Source: a bacterium
GTDB taxonomy: Bacteria > Zhuqueibacterota > Zhuqueibacteria > Oceanimicrobiales > Oceanimicrobiaceae
Assembly (NCBI GenBank): GCA_046757025.1
Contig: JBHHXN010000102.1
Location: forward strand, 1 to 18,680
DNA length: 18,680 nucleotides
Reading direction: 5' to 3'
The position numbers and the translations under genes were made by a program. The notes beneath the pieces were generated by a model, which worked only from the letters and a program-made list of their open reading frames with translations, searched no databases and was not told the DNA's origin. Positions 14,080-18,680 of this stretch are shown here, piece after piece; the first letter of the stretch is position 1, and each line of letters opens with the position of its first letter.

Positions 14080-17000
14080 TTAGGGATAGAGCTGAGAACT
14101 ACCTGGAGTCGGAATAGGTACGGAACCCAAAATGCCTGTCGGAATACGCAGAACCATTGGCGAATTGGCTCGCCATTCAAATGCGCCCATATCGATCATA
14201 CCGTTGACCACAGAGCGTGGCAGTCTTTCGAGATCAACGTGCGCGCCCATACCGGCGTCGGCCTGGTCGATGGCAGGCGAATTGGATTGCAAGCGCCAGT
14301 TCAGACTGGCTGGATCCACGAACTGGGGATCGAGATCGAGGTTACCGCCAATTGCCTGGAGATGACCGTTCGTTCCTTTCAGCCCGCTGAATCCAAAACC
14401 GTTGGCGATTTTGTTCCAGTTGAGACCGATGGCGCCGTTTTTCGCAATCGCCAGAATGGGACCGGGAGTCGTGGTTTCGACGACCAGCTCCGGTGCGTAA
14501 ACACCTTCTTTGGAGCTGTACTTCGCGGCATCCGAGGACGCATTCTTGATGGCAAAGCTGTAAGTACCGTTGCCAAAGATCGCGCCGGTGACATCGAATT
14601 CCACCATGTCGCCGGTCGCCATGGCGCCAACCGAGCTGAGAGGCGCACCCGCGATGGGCGGCGCGTTGTTCCAGTTCAGGCTGCCTTCGTCCCAGCCGTT
14701 TTCTACGGTATAAATACCGCCGCCGTCGTTGCTGCCGTTGATGGCTTTCAGACGAACCTTTGCGCTCACCACTGCTCCACCCAATCCGGAAACGTTGAAT
14801 TTCAGAAAAGCGTAGATCTTCTTGGAAGTGATGCGCACGCGCAGTTCGTCGCTGGCTCCGTAGACTTTGGTCGCTTTGTTCGAACGGACAAACGAATCGT
14901 CCGTGGGATTGAACGTATAGGTGCCAGGCACGCCGCCGCCACCCGGATTGACCGTTACAACCACATCGTCGGTGCCGGTGGCGCCTTCGTTGTCTGTCAC
15001 CGTCAAGGTGATGGTGTGGACTCCCAATGCCAGATTAACTGCCGGATTGAGACCGGTAGCGATGCTGCTGCCGCCTTCACTCCAGTCGTAGCTGACAATG
15101 GTGCCGTCGTTGTCAAAAGAGCCGCTGCCGTCCAGGGTGACGCCTTCAGATCCGTTATTGTCTGCGTCCGTCACATCCTGATTGGGTCCGGCATCGGCTA
15201 CTGGTGATTGATTCCCACCTCCAGCTCCGAAATCCACAACCAGCTCGGGTGCGTAAACACCTTCTTTGGAGCTGTACTTCGCGGCATCCGAGGTGGAATT
15301 CTTAATACCAAAGCTATAAGTTCCATCGCCTGCGATGGCTGAGGTCACGTCGAACTCGACCATGTCGCCCAGAGCCACCGGGCCGTTGGAGCTTAATGCG
15401 CTGCCGCCTAAGGCCGGGGCATTGTTCCAATTGACGCTGCCCTCGTCCCAGCCGTTGGCGACCGAGTAAATCTCGCCGCCCTCGCTACTGGCGTTGATGA
15501 CTTTCAGGCGAAGTTTGGCATTCGTAACCGCCCCGCCTACCCCCGCAACATTGAACTTCAAGTAGGTGTAGTATTTGGCGGAAGAAGACCTGCGTACGCG
15601 CAGCTCATCGGAGCCGCCATAATTCTTGGTCGCTTTGTTTGAACGGACAAACGAGTCATCGATGGGATTGAAAGTCAGCGAACCCGCTCCGCCGCCACCG
15701 GGATTGACCGTGACCACCACATCGTCTGTGCCGGTCGCGCCTTGATCATCGGTGACCGTCAGAGTTATGGTATGTACGCCCACAGACAGGCTTACGGTGG
15801 GATTGACGCCGCTGGCGATGGAGCTGCCGCTTTCGCTCCAGTCATAGTTGACGATGGAGCCGTCGGTGTCATAAGAGCCGCTGCCGTTGAGCGTCACATC
15901 TTCATCGCCGCTGCTGTCTCCATCAGACAAAATCTGATTCGGTCCGGCATCCGCGACCGGAGCCTGGTTGCCGCCAGCCATTTCGAATTCTACTAACAGC
16001 TTCGGGGCATACGTGCCTTCTTTCGAGCTGTAGATGGCCGCATCCGAAGAGTTGCTGCTGATGCAGAAACTAAAAGTTCCGTTGCCAGAAATCGCCGAGG
16101 TGACATCAAATTCCACGATCTCGCCGAGGCCTACGGCCCCAACAGAACTCAGGGAACTACCAGTTGTGCCAGGAGCGTTGTTCCAGTTCAAGCTGGCTTC
16201 ATCCCAGCCGTTCCCTGCCGGGTAAATGCTGCCGCCCTGATTGCTGGCGTTGATGACTTTAAGCTGTATCTTTGCGCTGGTGACGTTGCCAAGTAATCCA
16301 TTGACGTTGAACTTCAAGTACGTATGGTACTTAGCTGAATTGGACTTGCGCACGCGCATTTCATACGTATCGCCATAGTTTTTATTGGCCCGATTTGAGC
16401 GCACAAAGGCATCGTCTGTGGGGTTAAAGGAGAGCGGACCGTTTGGAATCACCGTCACGTTCACCAGGTCGGCATGCGATGCGCCCCGTTCGTCATGCAC
16501 CGTCAACGTGAGAGTATGTGCACCCTGAGGCAAATCAATGGTTGGATTTGCTTCATAAGCGAGCGGTGCGCCATTTTCACTCCACAGGTAGCTTACGATG
16601 GTGCCGTCGGTGTCTGAAGAGCCGCTGCCATCGAGGGTCACGGGCTCAGAGCCGCTGTTGTCCAGATCTTTCAGCGCCTGGTTCAAACCGGCATCGGCAG
16701 TGGGCGGCTGGTTGTTGTAATCGTAACCTCCCTGAATGATGTTATTGTGCACATAACTAAAGCTGTTGGTGTTGTTATCGTTTTCCCATTCTTCCTGCAA
16801 GTGGGGGTTGTCCACGTGCAGTTGGTCCGGGGTCCAGACGAAGTTTTTGGACCAGGTGTAATCCAGGTCTTCTTCCTCGCCGCCTTCCATGACCTGATCG
16901 TAATGCACCCGCCAGTTGCCCCAGATGATGTTGTTGAAGATCTTGGGATCACTGTAGCCGGGCGCCATATAGGGACCATCCTGGCCGCTATACTCGTGGC

Positions 17001-18678
17001 CGTGGCGTTCGCTGTCGATGCCGCCGCCGGCTGGATTGAAACTGCCAGAGACCATGTTGCCGACAATGGTATTATTGAATATGTTGGCGTCTCGGACATC
17101 ATCCAGAGCGAGTGCTGCGCCGCGCGCATGGTTCTCGCCGTGATCGTCGGCGATGTTTTCGGCAAAAAGATTGTTGTAGATATTTACATGGGAGAGGGTG
17201 TCGCCCACGTCTTCAAAACTGATGGCGCCGCCGTCGTCGGGCGTCCAGTTGCGCAGGAACACATTGCCGTAGATATCGATGGGGCCGCAGTCCTCAAAGA
17301 ACATGCCGGCGCCGTGATCTTCGGATTTGTTTTCCAGCAAGACATTGCCGTAGAGCTTTAGATGGTCTTTGATTTCATACATGCAGATACCGCCGCCATA
17401 ATCGAAGGACCAGTTGTGAAAGATCAGGTTGTTGTAAATCTCGTAGGTGCCCGGTGGCGGTCCGGGAAGGTAGTCATCCCAGATGTGTTCCGGCTGCCCG
17501 TGTTCTTCGGTGTACTCCGGTTCATCGTTGACGCTGATGCCGCCGCCGTAGCCGCCGTAGTTACCGTTTTCGGCGATAAGATTGGACCAGATATTCACAT
17601 TGTGGTTGGAGAGATGCAACCAGATACCGCCGCCGTAGTAACCACCGTTGCGGTAGATTCGGCAATTGTTGATATCGAGGTCGTGGTTGCCGTAGTCGGC
17701 AAAAATGCCGCAGCCAATATCGTCGCCGTTGACATTCCCGCCGGTGATGGTAAAACTACTGATGTGGATATCGTATTTTGCACCATGGATACCGCCTCTG
17801 CCGATGAAGATCACCGGGCCCGAACCGTTGTTTGGACCTTGCGAAGTCAAATTAAACGATCGCGGAAGCCCATTAATCGTGGTTTCATGGGGGCCGGCGC
17901 CGATGAGATAAACATGGTTCTTATCCAGTTTTATGTTTTCATAATAGGTGCCTGCGGCTACATAGATGTATTTTGGCGAGACCTCTGGCAGGTTGTCGAT
18001 GGCCTCCTGGATGGAATTCCAGGGGTGCGCCTTGCTGCCATCCTCAGGGCCGCTATTGCTGACGTCCACGTAAAAGGAGCGATTGGCCATGGTGGCCGCC
18101 CGCGCAGGCGGGTAGTCGATTTCGACGGCCAGGGCATTGGAGTGGCCGGTGGTGGTGGCCACAACGATTGGGCCGCTGATGGCGTCTTCGGGAATGACGA
18201 CGTCGATGTAGTTGTCGGTCCACTCCAACACTTCCAGCGGCTGGCCAGCCAGGCTGGCTGTTTGATACCCTTGTGCGTCGCCAAAATCAAAACCCTGAAT
18301 GCGATAGGTGTCGCCCGGCGCCAGGATAATGGGCGGGCTCGCTGCGAGCTTGGTCCCTTTACTCTTTCCTCCTGCTCGGCCGAAAATTTGTACGGGTGCG
18401 GCGCCCGGGGCAATAATCGTTGGCTCAGTCATGGTTATGAGCGGGTCGTCGTTACACATCAGGCCCAGCCCCATAAAGGTAGCGGGCATGAGCGACCAAT
18501 CCGCTTCGAACTTGAATTTTCCCTGGCCGAAGGTGTAAGGCAAATCCATCGGCAGGTAGTTTCCGCAATATCCTGGCAGCGCCGGATCATTGCCGCGATA
18601 GATATGCACGCCCGGGGCAAAACGTCGTTCCGCCTCCGGCTTTTGGTCCGGATCTTCACCCGTAGGACATTGGCTTAC
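14080..18678 (-). CDS. Very large extracellular protein, 5'-truncated by the window edge: IPT/TIG-like domain, right-handed parallel beta-helix, 3x(PKD + DNRLRE/CBM96-like), choice-of-anchor-Q-like C-terminus
   Basis: The frame has no stop from the GTG at 18609 to the window end (VSQCPTGEDPDQKPEAERRFAPG), so the true start lies outside. IPT-like (IQGFDFG...WTDNYIDVVIP...GPIVV). DGSKAHPWNSIQEAID...YVAAGTYYENI beta-helix cap and N..YGGGI repeats. P(T/V)ADAG..VTLDGSGS.D.DGTIVSY.W PKD x3; FNP.DD.FVRS...YLKFNV...WDE...WNNAP...YSSKEG.YAP.L x3; DPQFVD...LQSNSPAID...IDMGAFE. Confidence 0.88.
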   Translation of the reverse strand, partial: VSQCPTGEDPDQKPEAERRFAPGVHIYRGNDPALPGYCGNYLPMDLPYTFGQGKFKFEADWSLMPATFMGLGLMCNDDPLITMTEPTIIAPGAAPVQIFGRAGGKSKGTKLAASPPIILAPGDTYRIQGFDFGDAQGYQTASLAGQPLEVLEWTDNYIDVVIPEDAISGPIVVATTTGHSNALAVEIDYPPARAATMANRSFYVDVSNSGPEDGSKAHPWNSIQEAIDNLPEVSPKYIYVAAGTYYENIKLDKNHVYLIGAGPHETTINGLPRSFNLTSQGPNNGSGPVIFIGRGGIHGAKYDIHISSFTITGGNVNGDDIGCGIFADYGNHDLDINNCRIYRNGGYYGGGIWLHLSNHNVNIWSNLIAENGNYGGYGGGISVNDEPEYTEEHGQPEHIWDDYLPGPPPGTYEIYNNLIFHNWSFDYGGGICMYEIKDHLKLYGNVLLENKSEDHGAGMFFEDCGPIDIYGNVFLRNWTPDDGGAISFEDVGDTLSHVNIYNNLFAENIADDHGENHARGAALALDDVRDANIFNNTIVGNMVSGSFNPAGGGIDSERHGHEYSGQDGPYMAPGYSDPKIFNNIIWGNWRVHYDQVMEGGEEEDLDYTWSKNFVWTPDQLHVDNPHLQEEWENDNNTNSFSYVHNNIIQGGYDYNNQPPTADAGLNQALKDLDNSGSEPVTLDGSGSSDTDGTIVSYLWSENGAPLAYEANPTIDLPQGAHTLTLTVHDERGASHADLVNVTVIPNGPLSFNPTDDAFVRSNRANKNYGDTYEMRVRKSNSAKYHTYLKFNVNGLLGNVTSAKIQLKVINASNQGGSIYPAGNGWDEASLNWNNAPGTTGSSLSSVGAVGLGEIVEFDVTSAISGNGTFSFCISSNSSDAAIYSSKEGTYAPKLLVEFEMAGGNQAPVADAGPNQILSDGDSSGDEDVTLNGSGSYDTDGSIVNYDWSESGSSIASGVNPTVSLSVGVHTITLTVTDDQGATGTDDVVVTVNPGGGGAGSLTFNPIDDSFVRSNKATKNYGGSDELRVRRSSSAKYYTYLKFNVAGVGGAVTNAKLRLKVINASSEGGEIYSVANGWDEGSVNWNNAPALGGSALSSNGPVALGDMVEFDVTSAIAGDGTYSFGIKNSTSDAAKYSSKEGVYAPELVVDFGAGGGNQSPVADAGPNQDVTDADNNGSEGVTLDGSGSFDNDGTIVSYDWSEGGSSIATGLNPAVNLALGVHTITLTVTDNEGATGTDDVVVTVNPGGGGVPGTYTFNPTDDSFVRSNKATKVYGASDELRVRITSKKIYAFLKFNVSGLGGAVVSAKVRLKAINGSNDGGGIYTVENGWDEGSLNWNNAPPIAGAPLSSVGAMATGDMVEFDVTGAIFGNGTYSFAIKNASSDAAKYSSKEGVYAPELVVETTTPGPILAIAKNGAIGLNWNKIANGFGFSGLKGTNGHLQAIGGNLDLDPQFVDPASLNWRLQSNSPAIDQADAGMGAHVDLERLPRSVVNGMIDMGAFEWRANSPMVLRIPTGILGSVPIPTPGSSQLYP
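14473..16710 (-). repeat. Intragenic tandem triplication of a ~250-aa PKD+DNRLRE module
   Basis: Units start near 16710, 15966 and 15210 (periods 744 and 756 bp), with strongly similar protein sequences. Confidence 0.9.
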
Positions 18679-18680
18679 CC

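Noticed and set aside
14062..15207. 381-aa + strand ORF (also 16747..17361, 7345..7893 and other antisense or overlapping ORFs)
   Set aside because: Shadow frames opposite well-supported genes, with no recognisable motifs.
18607..18609. GTG given as the start of the 1509-aa ORF
   Set aside because: The frame stays open to the window end, with no RBS or signal peptide at this GTG; the real start is upstream.

Overview
Bacterial chromosomal window of about 11 genes, mostly on the - strand. The gene content and intergenic repeats look like those of an FCB-superphylum-type organism such as KSB1 or Calditrichota, which is inference only. In order: (1) an AraC-HTH/O6-methylguanine methyltransferase (Ada-like) gene; (2) a divergent, AT-rich PadR operon with a near-consensus sigma70 promoter and perfect operator, encoding two paralogous MotA/ExbB-like membrane proteins, one fused to a HAAS-like helical domain; (3) an M14 zinc carboxypeptidase followed by an APC permease fused to PTS-EIIA and RCK_C domains; (4) a LiaF-like/LytS/LytTR operon with a direct-repeat binding site; (5) a DPP-IV (S9B) peptidase; (6) the 3' part of a very large surface protein (IPT-like, beta-helix, 3x[PKD+DNRLRE], choice-of-anchor-Q-like end) that runs off the window edge. 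The intergenic spacers hold a family of short elements with shared terminal inverted repeats but different palindromic cargo, plus a nested palindromic structure. The best candidates for an undescribed system are the PadR/HAAS-ExbB-like pair with no ExbD/MotB partner and the cargo-variable TIR mini-element family.
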